Shown here: positions 45,597 through 55,564 of the stretch, one piece after another
How the letters are laid out: the number at the start of each line of letters is the position of its first letter
Numbering within the stretch: position 1 is the first letter of the stretch
Source of the DNA: an uncultured Gammaproteobacteria bacterium
GTDB lineage: Bacteria; Patescibacteriota; Patescibacteriia; Magasanikbacterales; UBA922
Direction of reading: 5' to 3'
NCBI GenBank assembly: GCA_964418775.1
Contig: CAYQNA010000001.1
Coordinates: 446-64,445 of the forward strand
Length of the DNA: 64,000 bases
Translations under genes and position numbers: made by a program
Notes under the pieces: generated by a model
The model's input: only the letters and a program-made list of their open reading frames with translations
Database searches by the model: none
Told to the model about the DNA's origin: nothing

Positions 45597-48500
45597 ATGG
45601 GACCGACTGACGCACGCTTCATTCAGAGCCTAAAATTAGGTCAAAGCGAAAATACGTCGTTTAGTTATCACACGGACGGCTTACGCATTCAGCGCCGTTT
45701 CAGTCAGGACGGGATTAACCCATACGATTTGGTTGAGTACGAAAAACGCAGTTCGGTAATCCGCGAACCAGATGGTACCGTGGTGTTTGAAATGAAAGAT
45801 TTGGAAATTCCAAAGAGTTGGTCACAGGTAGCGACTGATATTATTGCCCAAAAATACTTCCGCAAGGCCGGTGTCCCACAGTTCAACGCCGACGGTACGC
45901 CAAAGTTAAACGCTGACGGATCACCCGTGCTTGGGTCTGAAACCAGCGCAAAGCAGACCGTACACCGTTTGGCCGGAACCTGGCGTTATTGGGGTGAAAA
46001 GTATGGATATTTTGCTTCGCCAGAGGACGCACAGATTTTTTATGACGAAGTAGCGCTCATGCTCCTTCGCCAAATGGCTGCCCCAAACTCCCCACAGTGG
46101 TTTAACACTGGCTTGCACTGGGCTTACGGCATTAACAGTCAGGCACAGGGGCATTATTATGTTGACCCAGACACTGGGGTCATGACACGCGCCAAAGACG
46201 CCTACTCTCACCCACAACCACACGCTTGTTTTATCCAATCCATTGACGATGACCTTGTAAACGAAGGCGGTATCATGGACCTATGGGTGCGCGAGGCTCG
46301 TTTGTTCAAATACGGCTCGGGCACTGGGACAAACTTTTCGAATTTGCGCGGTTCGGGCGAACCACTTTCCGGTGGCGGCAGATCGAGCGGCCTCATGAGC
46401 TGGCTCAAAATCGGTGACCGCGCTGCGGCGGCCATTAAATCCGGTGGTACCACTCGTCGCGCAGCCAAAATGGTGATCTTGAACCTCGACCACCCAGACA
46501 TTGAAAAATTCATTAACTGGAAAGTTGAAGAAGAAAAGAAAGTGGCCGCCATGATTGCGGCTGGTTACCCATCGGACTACGAAGGCGAAGCCTACCAAAC
46601 CGTTTCGGGCCAAAATTCCAACAACTCAATTCGCGTGCCAAACAAGTACATGGAAGCACTCGAACACGACGGTACGTGGAGCCTTACCTGGCGCACTGAT
46701 GGTTCGGTTTGTAAAACACTCAAAGCCCGTGAATTGTGGGACCAAATTGCGTTTGCTGCCTGGGCATGTGCTGACCCTGGTTTGCAGTATGATGACAACA
46801 TTAACGAGTGGCACACCTGCCCACAATCAGGTCGCATCAATGGCACCAACCCATGCAGTGAATACGTGTTCCTGGATAACACGGCTTGCAACTTGGCCTC
46901 ACTCAACTTGGCGCACTTCTTTGACTCCGCCACACAAACTTTTGACGTTGATGGCTTCAAACATGCAACACGCTTGTGGACTGTGGTGCTAGAAATTAGT
47001 GTGCTCATGGCGCAATTCCCAAGTAAGGAAATTGCCCAGGGCAGTTACGATTTCCGCACGCTCGGCCTTGGCTATGCCAACATTGGTTCCGTGCTCATGA
47101 TGAGCGGCATCCCATACGAATCAGACGAAGCCTATGCCTTCACAGGTACAGTTACGGCCCTGATGACTGCGGAAAGTTATCGCACGAGTGCAGAAATGGC
47201 TCGTTTCCTGGGCACATTCCCTAAATACGAACTCAACAAAAAAGACATGCTCCGCGTCGTGCGCAATCATCGTCGCGCCGCGTTTAACGCGCCAGATAGC
47301 GAGTACGAAAAATTGACGATCAAGCCAGTGGGCATTAAGGCCGAATTTGCGCCAGCGTATTTGCTCGCTGCGGCGCGCGAATCATGGAATGAGGCCGTGG
47401 AATGGGGTGAAAAACATGGTTACCGCAATGCGCAAACCACCCTCCTCGCACCAACTGGTACGATCGGTCTCCTTATGGACTGCTCGACCACTGGTGTTGA
47501 ACCCGACTTTGCATTGGTTAAATTCAAGAAGCTCGCTGGTGGCGGTTACTTTAAGATCGTTAACGAAGCGGTACCGGCAGCACTCAAGAATTTGGGTTAC
47601 ACCGACACCCAAATGCAGGCCATCATGGACTACATGAAAGGTACGGCCGATATTACCAATGCACCGCACATCAATGCGGCCAGCCTTAAGGCCAAAGGGT
47701 TTAATGATGATGATGTCGCGGCCTTGAACAAAGCTTTGCTGGGCGCATTCGAACTTAAATTTGCCTTTAATGTGTGGACTTTGGGTGAAGACTGTCTAAA
47801 GCGTTTAGGGTTCTCGCCAGCTGAATACAATGACGCTAAGTTTAACCCACTCACCGCACTTGGATTTACCGAAGCTCAGATCGAAGCAGCCAACGAATAC
47901 GTGTGTGGTACTATGACGATCGAAGGTGCACCTGGCCTCAAAGCCGAACATTACCCAGTGTTTGATTGTGCCAACAAGTGTGGTAAAAAAGGTCAACGCT
48001 ATATTCACTGGCGTGGTCACTTGCGCATGATGGCTTCGGCCCAACCATTCTTGTCTGGGGCGATTTCCAAGACCATCAACATGCCAAACGAAGCGACGGT
48101 TGATGATGTTAAGCAGGCATACCACGAATCATGGGAATTGTGTCTCAAAGCCGTGGCCTTGTATCGCGATGGGTGCAAACTTAGTCAGCCACTGGCTACT
48201 TCGTCCAAAAAAATCGAAGCAAAAGAAGAAGAAAAAGTCGAAGCAAAAGTTGACGAAGCCAAAACCGAAGTCATGGCCAAAGAAATGGCCGCCGCCATGG
48301 AGCGCGTGCAACAAATGTTGGCCGCACACAGCGCTGACTCGCACGCTATGGAAACCTATGGTCGCGATGGTAGCGTTACCGAACGCCGCGTGTACTTGCA
48401 TGGCGAAAAGCGCCAGTTACCAGCCAAACGCGCTGGAATCACGGTGTCGGCCAAGATCGGCAACCAACAGATTTGGCTCCGCACTGGTGAATATCCAGAT

Positions 48501-49073
48501 GGTCGTCTCGCCGAAATCTTTATTGACATGTACAAGGAAGGCGCTGGCTTCCGCAGTATGTTGAACATGTTTGCCATTTCGGTGTCCATGGGCTTGCAGT
48601 ACGGCGTCCCACTAGAAAAGTTCGTGGAAAACTTTGTCTTTACCCGCTTTGAACCAGCTGGCATGACTGACCACCCAAATGTAAAAATTTGTACCTCGGT
48701 TGTCGACTTTGTCTTCCGCGTACTTGGTATGGAATACTTGGGTCGCACTGATTTTGTGCAGGTTAAGCCACGCGGGATTCAAAAAAATCGCATCGAGCAA
48801 ATGATTGCCATGCAAGACGGTCACAGTACGGCGCAGGCCAGCATTACTGACATGATCGCAACCACGCCATCCGAAGCCATTGCCCCAAAAGCCGAAGTTA
48901 CGGCCGAAGAGGCTGACCGCGAGGCACCACTTGAATCCGGTGATGGCATGGACGCCGCCCTCAGCGAAATGATGGGTGATGCCCCAGCTTGCCCAACGTG
49001 TGGCCACATTACAGTGCGCAACGGTTCGTGCTACAAATGTTTGAACTGTGGCGACTCACTTGGTTGCAGCTAA
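45597..49073 (+). CDS. nrdJ: Class II, adenosylcobalamin-dependent ribonucleotide reductase
   Basis: PNSPQWFN, HACFI, TNPCSE active site, APTGTI, AISKTINMP, YRDG, C-terminal Zn ribbon CPTC...CLNC. Confidence 0.95.
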   Translation: MGPTDARFIQSLKLGQSENTSFSYHTDGLRIQRRFSQDGINPYDLVEYEKRSSVIREPDGTVVFEMKDLEIPKSWSQVATDIIAQKYFRKAGVPQFNADGTPKLNADGSPVLGSETSAKQTVHRLAGTWRYWGEKYGYFASPEDAQIFYDEVALMLLRQMAAPNSPQWFNTGLHWAYGINSQAQGHYYVDPDTGVMTRAKDAYSHPQPHACFIQSIDDDLVNEGGIMDLWVREARLFKYGSGTGTNFSNLRGSGEPLSGGGRSSGLMSWLKIGDRAAAAIKSGGTTRRAAKMVILNLDHPDIEKFINWKVEEEKKVAAMIAAGYPSDYEGEAYQTVSGQNSNNSIRVPNKYMEALEHDGTWSLTWRTDGSVCKTLKARELWDQIAFAAWACADPGLQYDDNINEWHTCPQSGRINGTNPCSEYVFLDNTACNLASLNLAHFFDSATQTFDVDGFKHATRLWTVVLEISVLMAQFPSKEIAQGSYDFRTLGLGYANIGSVLMMSGIPYESDEAYAFTGTVTALMTAESYRTSAEMARFLGTFPKYELNKKDMLRVVRNHRRAAFNAPDSEYEKLTIKPVGIKAEFAPAYLLAAARESWNEAVEWGEKHGYRNAQTTLLAPTGTIGLLMDCSTTGVEPDFALVKFKKLAGGGYFKIVNEAVPAALKNLGYTDTQMQAIMDYMKGTADITNAPHINAASLKAKGFNDDDVAALNKALLGAFELKFAFNVWTLGEDCLKRLGFSPAEYNDAKFNPLTALGFTEAQIEAANEYVCGTMTIEGAPGLKAEHYPVFDCANKCGKKGQRYIHWRGHLRMMASAQPFLSGAISKTINMPNEATVDDVKQAYHESWELCLKAVALYRDGCKLSQPLATSSKKIEAKEEEKVEAKVDEAKTEVMAKEMAAAMERVQQMLAAHSADSHAMETYGRDGSVTERRVYLHGEKRQLPAKRAGITVSAKIGNQQIWLRTGEYPDGRLAEIFIDMYKEGAGFRSMLNMFAISVSMGLQYGVPLEKFVENFVFTRFEPAGMTDHPNVKICTSVVDFVFRVLGMEYLGRTDFVQVKPRGIQKNRIEQMIAMQDGHSTAQASITDMIATTPSEAIAPKAEVTAEEADREAPLESGDGMDAALSEMMGDAPACPTCGHITVRNGSCYKCLNCGDSLGCS

Positions 49074-49087
49074 AAGAATGCTAAATA

Positions 49088-49116
49088 AAAAATCCCTCGG
49101 CAACGGGGGATTTTTT
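49088..49116. terminator. Bidirectional terminator
   Basis: AAAAATCCC...GGGATTTTT between convergent nrdJ and uppS. Confidence 0.7.
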
Positions 49117-49128
49117 AATTGAAAATAT

Positions 49129-49824
49129 TTACTTCCCGCGATTGCGCTGCTGCTCGGCAAACCAGCTCAAGGCTTGCTGCAATTCGCTTTCGTCGAACGC
49201 GGGCCATTTGGTTTGGGTAAAATATAATTCGGCGTAAATACATTGCCAAGTGAGGAATCCAGAGAGGCGTTGGTTACCTGCGGTGCGAATAACCATATCC
49301 ACTTCGGGTAAGCCGGCCGTGTCTAAACTGTCAGTAATTACCTGCTCGGTAATGTCCGCGGTGGGAATTTTGTGATCAACAATTTTGCGCACAGCGCGCA
49401 CCAATTCATCGCGACCACCGTAGTTGACTGCCAGCGTCAGCACTAAACCTTGGTTATGGCGCGTTTCCTGTGCCACTTTTTCTAGGGTCGCGCGGGTTTT
49501 TTCGGGCAGTCCTGCCAAATCACCGATCAAGCGTAATTGCGCGCTATTTTTGATAAAGTCATCCAGGTAATCAACCAGTTGTTCAAACAAAGAGAATAAA
49601 TGTTTGAGCTCCTCGGCACTGCGCTCCTTTAGGTTTTCAGTCGACAGCGCGTACAGCGTTAAGTAAGGAATACCAGCTGTCTGGGCGGCTTTGGCAATGG
49701 TTTTGAGGTTTTTGGCACCCTGCGTGTGACCCATCATCTTGGGTAAACCGCGTTCAGTCGCCCAGCGACGGTTACCATCCATAATAATCGCTAGGTGTTG
49801 CGGGACAGGGGAGATTTGTGTCAT
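49129..49824 (-). CDS. uppS: Undecaprenyl diphosphate synthase
   Basis: HLAIIMDGNRRWA, STEN, NYGGR.E, IRT.G..RLS.F. Confidence 0.95.
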   Translation of the reverse strand: MTQISPVPQHLAIIMDGNRRWATERGLPKMMGHTQGAKNLKTIAKAAQTAGIPYLTLYALSTENLKERSAEELKHLFSLFEQLVDYLDDFIKNSAQLRLIGDLAGLPEKTRATLEKVAQETRHNQGLVLTLAVNYGGRDELVRAVRKIVDHKIPTADITEQVITDSLDTAGLPEVDMVIRTAGNQRLSGFLTWQCIYAELYFTQTKWPAFDESELQQALSWFAEQQRNRGK

Positions 49825-49865
49825 AGTGAATCCAGCTTAGCGAATCTTTAAGAACTTGGCAAGGT

Positions 49866-50408
49866 ATGAAAATTTATACAAAAACTGGTGATACTGGGGA
49901 AACTGGCCTGTTGGGGGGTAAACGGGTGCGCAAAGATGCGCCCGAAATTGAGGCGATTGGCACTGTGGACGAATTGAATAGCGCCGTTGGATTGCTTGTG
50001 GCTAGTTTGGGCGCCGAGGCTGCACACATGCCAATGCTTCGGCAAATTCAAAATAATTTATTTGTAGTTGGTGGGCAATTGGCCGCAGTGCAAACGGATT
50101 TGCTGACCGTACCAACCATTAGCGAGGCCCACATTGCTGCCTTGGAAACGTGGATTGACGAAATGTCAGCGAGTTTGCCCACACTTACACAATTTATTTT
50201 GCCTGGTGGAACAATCCCGGCGACCCAGGCCTTTGTGGTCCGGGCCATTTGCCGCCGCGCCGAACGGCAAGTTGTGTCTTTGGTTGCTCAGTATCCAGAT
50301 GCATTACTTGCCCAAAAATATCTCAATCGTCTGAGCGACGCCCTTTTCGTGTTTGCCCGTTTACTTAACGCACGTGCGAATCAGCCCGAAATTTTGTGGG
50401 AGAAATAG
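49866..50408 (+). CDS. PduO-type ATP:cob(I)alamin adenosyltransferase
   Basis: MKIYTKTGD.G.T, GTVDELNS, FILPGG, RRAER, YLNRLSD. Confidence 0.93.
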   Translation: MKIYTKTGDTGETGLLGGKRVRKDAPEIEAIGTVDELNSAVGLLVASLGAEAAHMPMLRQIQNNLFVVGGQLAAVQTDLLTVPTISEAHIAALETWIDEMSASLPTLTQFILPGGTIPATQAFVVRAICRRAERQVVSLVAQYPDALLAQKYLNRLSDALFVFARLLNARANQPEILWEK

Positions 50409-51135
50409 TTGGCGCCCAATCCCACAACATTTCAAAGATCATTTTAAACACATCAACCATTGGCGAAATCGCAATCACCACCGCCAAAGCCGATAGCTCT
50501 GGGCTCATAATTAAAATTTTATCATCAAAAATATCAATCGTACTGTTGAAGGTGTACCTCGACGGCGCATATTTAATTGTTCGCAATAGTTTTGTATTAT
50601 CAATTTCATTGACTGGCCGCGAGTCATCAGTGAGCAAAAGGCGGGTGCTAATTTTGGCCGCCGCGCGCTCTTCACGATAGTGAGTAAAAAAATCTATATC
50701 ATAACCAAGCCATGCATTAGAATTTCCAATAATCACGTACGATTTTCGTTTATACTCAAGTAAAATATTTTGGTAAAAAAGTTTAAGTTCATCAATTGTT
50801 TCGATTGGGCGCACCCCTTCGATTTTTAAATTTTTCTTAGCCAATGTTTCCAGGCTGGGAATAAGTTCGGTAAATGCCGTTAGTTTTTTGGTAAAAAAAT
50901 GTTTAACCCGTTCAGGACGTTCGGCGTAATACAGCTGAGTATTGTGCCGCATGTACATGGCGACAAATCCTTTGCGCGTTAAAGATTTTAGAATCGCGTA
51001 AATTGTGGTGCGCTTAAGGCCAGTATCGCGCGCTACGGTACTGGCACGGGCTCCGCCAAGACGAAGGAGGGCTACGTAAACCTCGGTCTCGGGTTGGGTA
51101 AGGCCAAGGTCATGGAGAACGTCAGTGTTAGGCAT
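50365..51135 (-). CDS. TrmB-family transcriptional regulator
   Basis: LGL...E..VY.ALL.LG...A..VA..TG..R.T.Y..L..L..KG HTH plus C-terminal effector domain. Confidence 0.85.
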   Translation of the reverse strand: MPNTDVLHDLGLTQPETEVYVALLRLGGARASTVARDTGLKRTTIYAILKSLTRKGFVAMYMRHNTQLYYAERPERVKHFFTKKLTAFTELIPSLETLAKKNLKIEGVRPIETIDELKLFYQNILLEYKRKSYVIIGNSNAWLGYDIDFFTHYREERAAAKISTRLLLTDDSRPVNEIDNTKLLRTIKYAPSRYTFNSTIDIFDDKILIMSPELSALAVVIAISPMVDVFKMIFEMLWDWAPTISPTKFRADSHVR

Positions 51136-51289
51136 ATTCTGTTGTCAAAAAAATTAGACACTATATATATTAGCTTATATTATGGCATATTTTAGATAAA
51201 AAGTCGATATATCTTGTCGTAAATGATTGAACATAAAACAAAAATATCGTATGCTGGGTCATCAGAGATTAATCAGTGACTTTAAGGAT

Positions 51290-52627
51290 ATGAACCCAAA
51301 ACAACTGTTTTCAAGCGATATTTTAAATTATCAGGTACAGACTACCAAGCTGGGGCAGACTAATTACGTGAATTTGGATAATGCAGCCACTACGCCACCA
51401 TTAGCCGTAGTAGAAGCCGCTGTAGCTGATTACTTAAAAGGGTATGGGTCAGTGCATCGTGGGGCTGGAACCAAATCGCAAATTTCGACTACTGTGTATG
51501 AAGTCAGTCGCGAAACGATCAAACAATTTGTGAATGCACCCAGCGATGCGTATGTGTTATTTACGGGTAACACAACTGGGGCCACAAACACCCTCGCATA
51601 TTTTTTTGCGTTTTTGCGTGGCAAAGTGGCCGTGTCGATCATTGAACATAGTGCTTCGTGGCTGCCCTGGATTAAGGCCGAGGGCGTAAAGGCCTTGGGC
51701 CGCAAACAAGTGTGTATGAATGATTTGGAAGCCGTAAACATAAAAATTCAAAACGCTGGTCGTGTTCAGGTATTGCAGTATGATATTAATAATCAATTTG
51801 AGTTTGATTTAACTAAGTTAGAAACGTTGTTGCAAAAAAACTATGTTAAGGCCTTGGTTGTTACAGCTTCTTCAAACATTACGGGGTATTGTCCGGATTT
51901 AAAAAAAATTGGAGCGTTGGCTCATAAATACGGCGCCTACTTTATTGTAGATGGTTGTCAGTATATCCAACACCATGAGTTGGATATACAGGCGTTGGGT
52001 GTTGATTTCTTGCTTGGTTCAGGACACAAGTTTTATGCCCCGTATGGCGGCGGTTTCGTGATTGGACCAAAGAAATTTTTTGATCAATTTTTACCATACC
52101 AAATTGGGGGCGGTAACTTACCGTACATTACGGAGGGCGGTGAATTTTTGCGTTATACTAATCAACTGGCCCATGATCCGGGTACGCCAAATGCGGTTGG
52201 TGCGGTAGCTATGGCGAGCGCGTTGGCAAAATTACGTGAAATTGGTTTACAAAATGTCGAGATTTATGAAAAGAAGTTAACGCAACGTGCCTATGATTAT
52301 ATGCGTTCCAATCCTAGAATTACCATGCATGTGCCAGTCAATCATTTGAGTACAGTTATTTCTTTTTCGGTTAAGGATGCTTCGAGTGTAAAGGTGGCCG
52401 AGCGCTTGAATACTGAATTTGGGATTGGTGTGCGGGCTGGGAGTTTTTGTGCGTACCGTGCCGTGCGTCGATTATTGGGCGTTAGAGACGATGACAAAAT
52501 TGCTGCGGCCGTGCGTAATGGCGACACAAGCTTAATTCCTAAAGTGATCCGTGCTTCATTTGGTTTGTGCAATTCCGAGGCTGATGTTGATCGTTTGATT
52601 ACGGCGTTAACTGAAATTACTAAGTAA
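51290..52627 (+). CDS. Class V PLP aminotransferase, cysteine desulfurase (SufS)-like
   Basis: LDNAATTP, SVHRG, EH.A..LPW, D..Q, SGHK, GTPN, VRAGSFCA. Confidence 0.88.
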   Translation: MNPKQLFSSDILNYQVQTTKLGQTNYVNLDNAATTPPLAVVEAAVADYLKGYGSVHRGAGTKSQISTTVYEVSRETIKQFVNAPSDAYVLFTGNTTGATNTLAYFFAFLRGKVAVSIIEHSASWLPWIKAEGVKALGRKQVCMNDLEAVNIKIQNAGRVQVLQYDINNQFEFDLTKLETLLQKNYVKALVVTASSNITGYCPDLKKIGALAHKYGAYFIVDGCQYIQHHELDIQALGVDFLLGSGHKFYAPYGGGFVIGPKKFFDQFLPYQIGGGNLPYITEGGEFLRYTNQLAHDPGTPNAVGAVAMASALAKLREIGLQNVEIYEKKLTQRAYDYMRSNPRITMHVPVNHLSTVISFSVKDASSVKVAERLNTEFGIGVRAGSFCAYRAVRRLLGVRDDDKIAAAVRNGDTSLIPKVIRASFGLCNSEADVDRLITALTEITK

Positions 52628-52645
52628 TAATCATTTGTTCAATCT

Positions 52646-53353
52646 ATGAAAATTTCTAAAACCACTAATGTTAAACCGAGCGACTTAAATTACGATCGTT
52701 ATACGCGTAACCAATATGACCGGGACATTGCGCATGTGATTCCTGCACATAAAGAACTACACGAGTGTTTACTAAAGTTTTTACTAAAGAAATATCCAAC
52801 AACTCAGGCTCTTAATATTTTGGACTTAGGTACGGGTACGGCCATTACGAGCGCACTGGTGCGCAACAAGTTTCCGAACGCCACCTTTGATTTGGTTGAT
52901 TTTTCTAAACAAATGCTCGCCGGTGCGCGCCAGCGTATGGGCCCCAAAAATGTGCGCTATATTCTCGGTGATTTTTCGCTGTTGAAATTTGACCATACGT
53001 ACGACGTGGTCATGACCGTAATCGGAGCGCACCACCAAACAAGCGTGGGTATACGTCGATTGTTCAAAAAAATGAGTAAACAAATTCAATCAGGTGGTTT
53101 TTTGGTAATTGGTGATTTGGTAACTTTTAAGGATAAATATAAGGCCGCTTTTAACAATGCCAAACATTATCATCACTTGGTTGAGCGCGCTTCCAATAAC
53201 AAGGTTTTGGCAGAGTGGGCGCATCATCACCAATTTTTAAATGACCTTAAAACTATTGAGGATTATTGCCAATGGCTTAGAGACGCGGGGTTTAAAGTGG
53301 TGTATCAGTTTAATCAGTGGAATACAGCGCTTTTAATTGCGCAAAAAGTTTAA
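52646..53353 (+). CDS. Class I SAM-dependent methyltransferase
   Basis: ILDLGTGT, VDFS..ML, GD, HH, GG...IGD. Confidence 0.88.
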   Translation: MKISKTTNVKPSDLNYDRYTRNQYDRDIAHVIPAHKELHECLLKFLLKKYPTTQALNILDLGTGTAITSALVRNKFPNATFDLVDFSKQMLAGARQRMGPKNVRYILGDFSLLKFDHTYDVVMTVIGAHHQTSVGIRRLFKKMSKQIQSGGFLVIGDLVTFKDKYKAAFNNAKHYHHLVERASNNKVLAEWAHHHQFLNDLKTIEDYCQWLRDAGFKVVYQFNQWNTALLIAQKV

Positions 53354-53630
53354 TTTAATACTGTTATTATGAATTAATTTGGGTCTCTTTTTGGTTCATC
53401 GCGTTATGGCCCACGAGGTATGTAGACATGACGCTGCTAGCTATGTGCTCCCAAGGGGGGGCTGGCCACACAAGGTTCGAGTGGTGTTTAAAGAATTAAA
53501 CAGTATAGAGAAATATATTGGAAGAATTCTGTTGAAGCCATTGGGCTTAAATTACTTGATTTTTAAGATCAGACCAACCCTGATTTAAGGTGTAGTTTGT
53601 GGTATAGTGTAGTGGTATTTAATCTACCCT

Positions 53631-54029
53631 ATGTTTTGGAAACTCTACGCCTTAACTTTGCCAGTCTTTTTCGCGATCGATATGGTGTGGTTGGGGCTCG
53701 TGGCCAAGAATTTTTACCGTAACCAGATTGGTTTTTTGATGCGCGAGACCCCAAATTGGACCGCGGCAATTTTGTTTTACCTGCTGTTCATGGTCGGATT
53801 AATTATTTTTGTGATTCAGCCCGCGGTCATAAAGCGCGAGTGGGTGTATGCCCTGCAGTATGGTGCCTTGTTTGGGTTTATGACCTATGCTACCTATGAT
53901 CTGACTAATTTGGCCGTGACCAAAAATTGGCCATTAACCGTCACAATTGTTGATTTACTGTGGGGCACGGTGTTGGCGGCCTCGGTTTCGGCCGTAGTCT
54001 ATTGGGCAGCCACAAAATTAGGCCTGTAA
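53631..54029 (+). CDS. DUF2177 membrane protein
   Basis: ID.VWL, Y...IG, YATYDLTN.A..K.W...DLLWG. Confidence 0.9.
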   Translation: MFWKLYALTLPVFFAIDMVWLGLVAKNFYRNQIGFLMRETPNWTAAILFYLLFMVGLIIFVIQPAVIKREWVYALQYGALFGFMTYATYDLTNLAVTKNWPLTVTIVDLLWGTVLAASVSAVVYWAATKLGL

Positions 54030-54030
54030 T

Positions 54031-54795
54031 ATGAACCTGTGGCACTCGTTGGGATTTGTTTTGGCCTACATGTGTGTCTGGTTTGCAATTTCGCTTATCA
54101 AAAAACGCAACGACGTGGCTGATACTGCGTGGGGATTGGGGTTTGTGCTGTTGGCCTGGGTCAGTTTTGTCTTCAGTTCAGGCAAAAACAACGCCGCCTT
54201 ATTGATTAATATTTTGGTCACAATTTGGGGCCTGCGTCTAGCGTACCACATTCATAAGCGCAATCATAATAAGCCCGAGGACGCTCGCTACCAACAATGG
54301 CGAATGCAATGGAAATATTTTTATACCCGGAGTTTTTTTCAGGTCTTCACGCTGCAGGGTATCCTGCTGTGGTTAATTTCGTGGCCGATTATTTTTGTAA
54401 ATTTTAACGAAAAACTCGTTAATTTTAACGGGATTTCTTATTTAGGTCTGATGCTTTGGGTAATTGGTTTTTGGTTCGAAAGTGTCGGCGACGCACAATT
54501 AAAAAAATTCATTAGCAACCCTGCTAACAAAGGTAAATTAATGACCACTGGTTTGTGGAAATATTCACGCCACCCCAATTATTTTGGCGAGGTGACGCAG
54601 TGGTGGGGAATTTATATAATCGCACTAGGGGTTCCTGTTGGTTGGTTTGTAATTGTTGGGCCGCTCACGATTACTGCGTTGATCGTGTTTGTCTCGGGTA
54701 TCCCAATGACTGAAAAGCGTTACGCTGGCCGGCCAGATTGGGAGGAATATAAACGTCGCACGAGCGCCTTAATTCCCCTGCCACCCCGGGCTTGA
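54031..54795 (+). CDS. DUF1295 (steroid 5-alpha reductase-like) membrane protein
   Basis: D..WG, WG.RL, ED.RY, E...D.QL..F, GLWKYSRHPNYFGE. Confidence 0.9.
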   Translation: MNLWHSLGFVLAYMCVWFAISLIKKRNDVADTAWGLGFVLLAWVSFVFSSGKNNAALLINILVTIWGLRLAYHIHKRNHNKPEDARYQQWRMQWKYFYTRSFFQVFTLQGILLWLISWPIIFVNFNEKLVNFNGISYLGLMLWVIGFWFESVGDAQLKKFISNPANKGKLMTTGLWKYSRHPNYFGEVTQWWGIYIIALGVPVGWFVIVGPLTITALIVFVSGIPMTEKRYAGRPDWEEYKRRTSALIPLPPRA

Positions 54796-54829
54796 ATTTC
54801 CTGGGATGGTTTGTTAGTATAGACCCACT

Positions 54830-54912
54830 GCCGCGATGGCGAAATGGTATACGCTAGGGACTTAAAATCCCTCGTCCGTAAGGGCATGCGGGTTCGAGTC
54901 CCGCTCGCGGCA
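54830..54912 (+). tRNA. tRNA-Leu(TAA)
   Basis: Type II cloverleaf with long variable arm, anticodon loop CTTAAAA. Confidence 0.93.
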
Positions 54913-55076
54913 CTAGGTAGTTTGAAACAGCTTTTAAAGGCTGTTTTTTAGTTTATCCACAGATTTAACAATAAACATATATTGACAAACAATAAATACC
55001 GGGCTATGCTGAGACTATAGACTTTAACTAAGCCGCGCCCTAAAGGACGTTGCGTGGCATGATTTCGACAAATCAT

Positions 55077-55559
55077 ATGAAAACAGGCTCAATTCGTTTT
55101 TTACAGGTCGTGCTCGTGCTAATTGGGGCGGCAGTTTTGGCCGCAATGTTAGTGGAACCGTGGTTCGAGGGGGTCAATGCTGGGGCGACTTCGTATAAAC
55201 AAATTTATTTTGACGATCTGTTCCTGGCCTATGCGTACACCGCCTCGATCGCATTTTTTGTGGCCCTGTATCAGGGTTTCAAACTGCTTGGGTCTGTGGC
55301 TCGGGGCCAAGTGTTTTCGGACCAATCAATCAAGGCCCTGCGCACAATTAAAAACTGCGCCATGCTTATGGTTGCCTTTGTTTTTGGCGCCGAGCTTTTT
55401 ATTTTCTTCAATCATGGCAACGATGACATGGCCGGTGGGGTTATGGTGGGTTTGGTGATAGCCGTAATTTCCAGCATTGCTGCAGCCGCCGCCGCTGTCT
55501 TCGAGCGTGCGCTCCAAAGTGCTGTGGACTTGAAGGCGGAAAATGACTTAACTGTCTAA
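55077..55559 (+). CDS. DUF2975 membrane protein (YoaS-like)
   Basis: Four TM helices, VFS..S..AL, C-terminal AVDLKAENDLTV. Confidence 0.88.
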   Translation: MKTGSIRFLQVVLVLIGAAVLAAMLVEPWFEGVNAGATSYKQIYFDDLFLAYAYTASIAFFVALYQGFKLLGSVARGQVFSDQSIKALRTIKNCAMLMVAFVFGAELFIFFNHGNDDMAGGVMVGLVIAVISSIAAAAAAVFERALQSAVDLKAENDLTV

Positions 55560-55564
55560 CGCCT

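Noticed and set aside
45597-49073. Intein or intron in the long nrdJ
   Set aside because: The ORF is continuous with no intein splice motifs or LAGLIDADG blocks noticed; the length is explained by the usual insertion, C-terminal domain and Zn ribbon.
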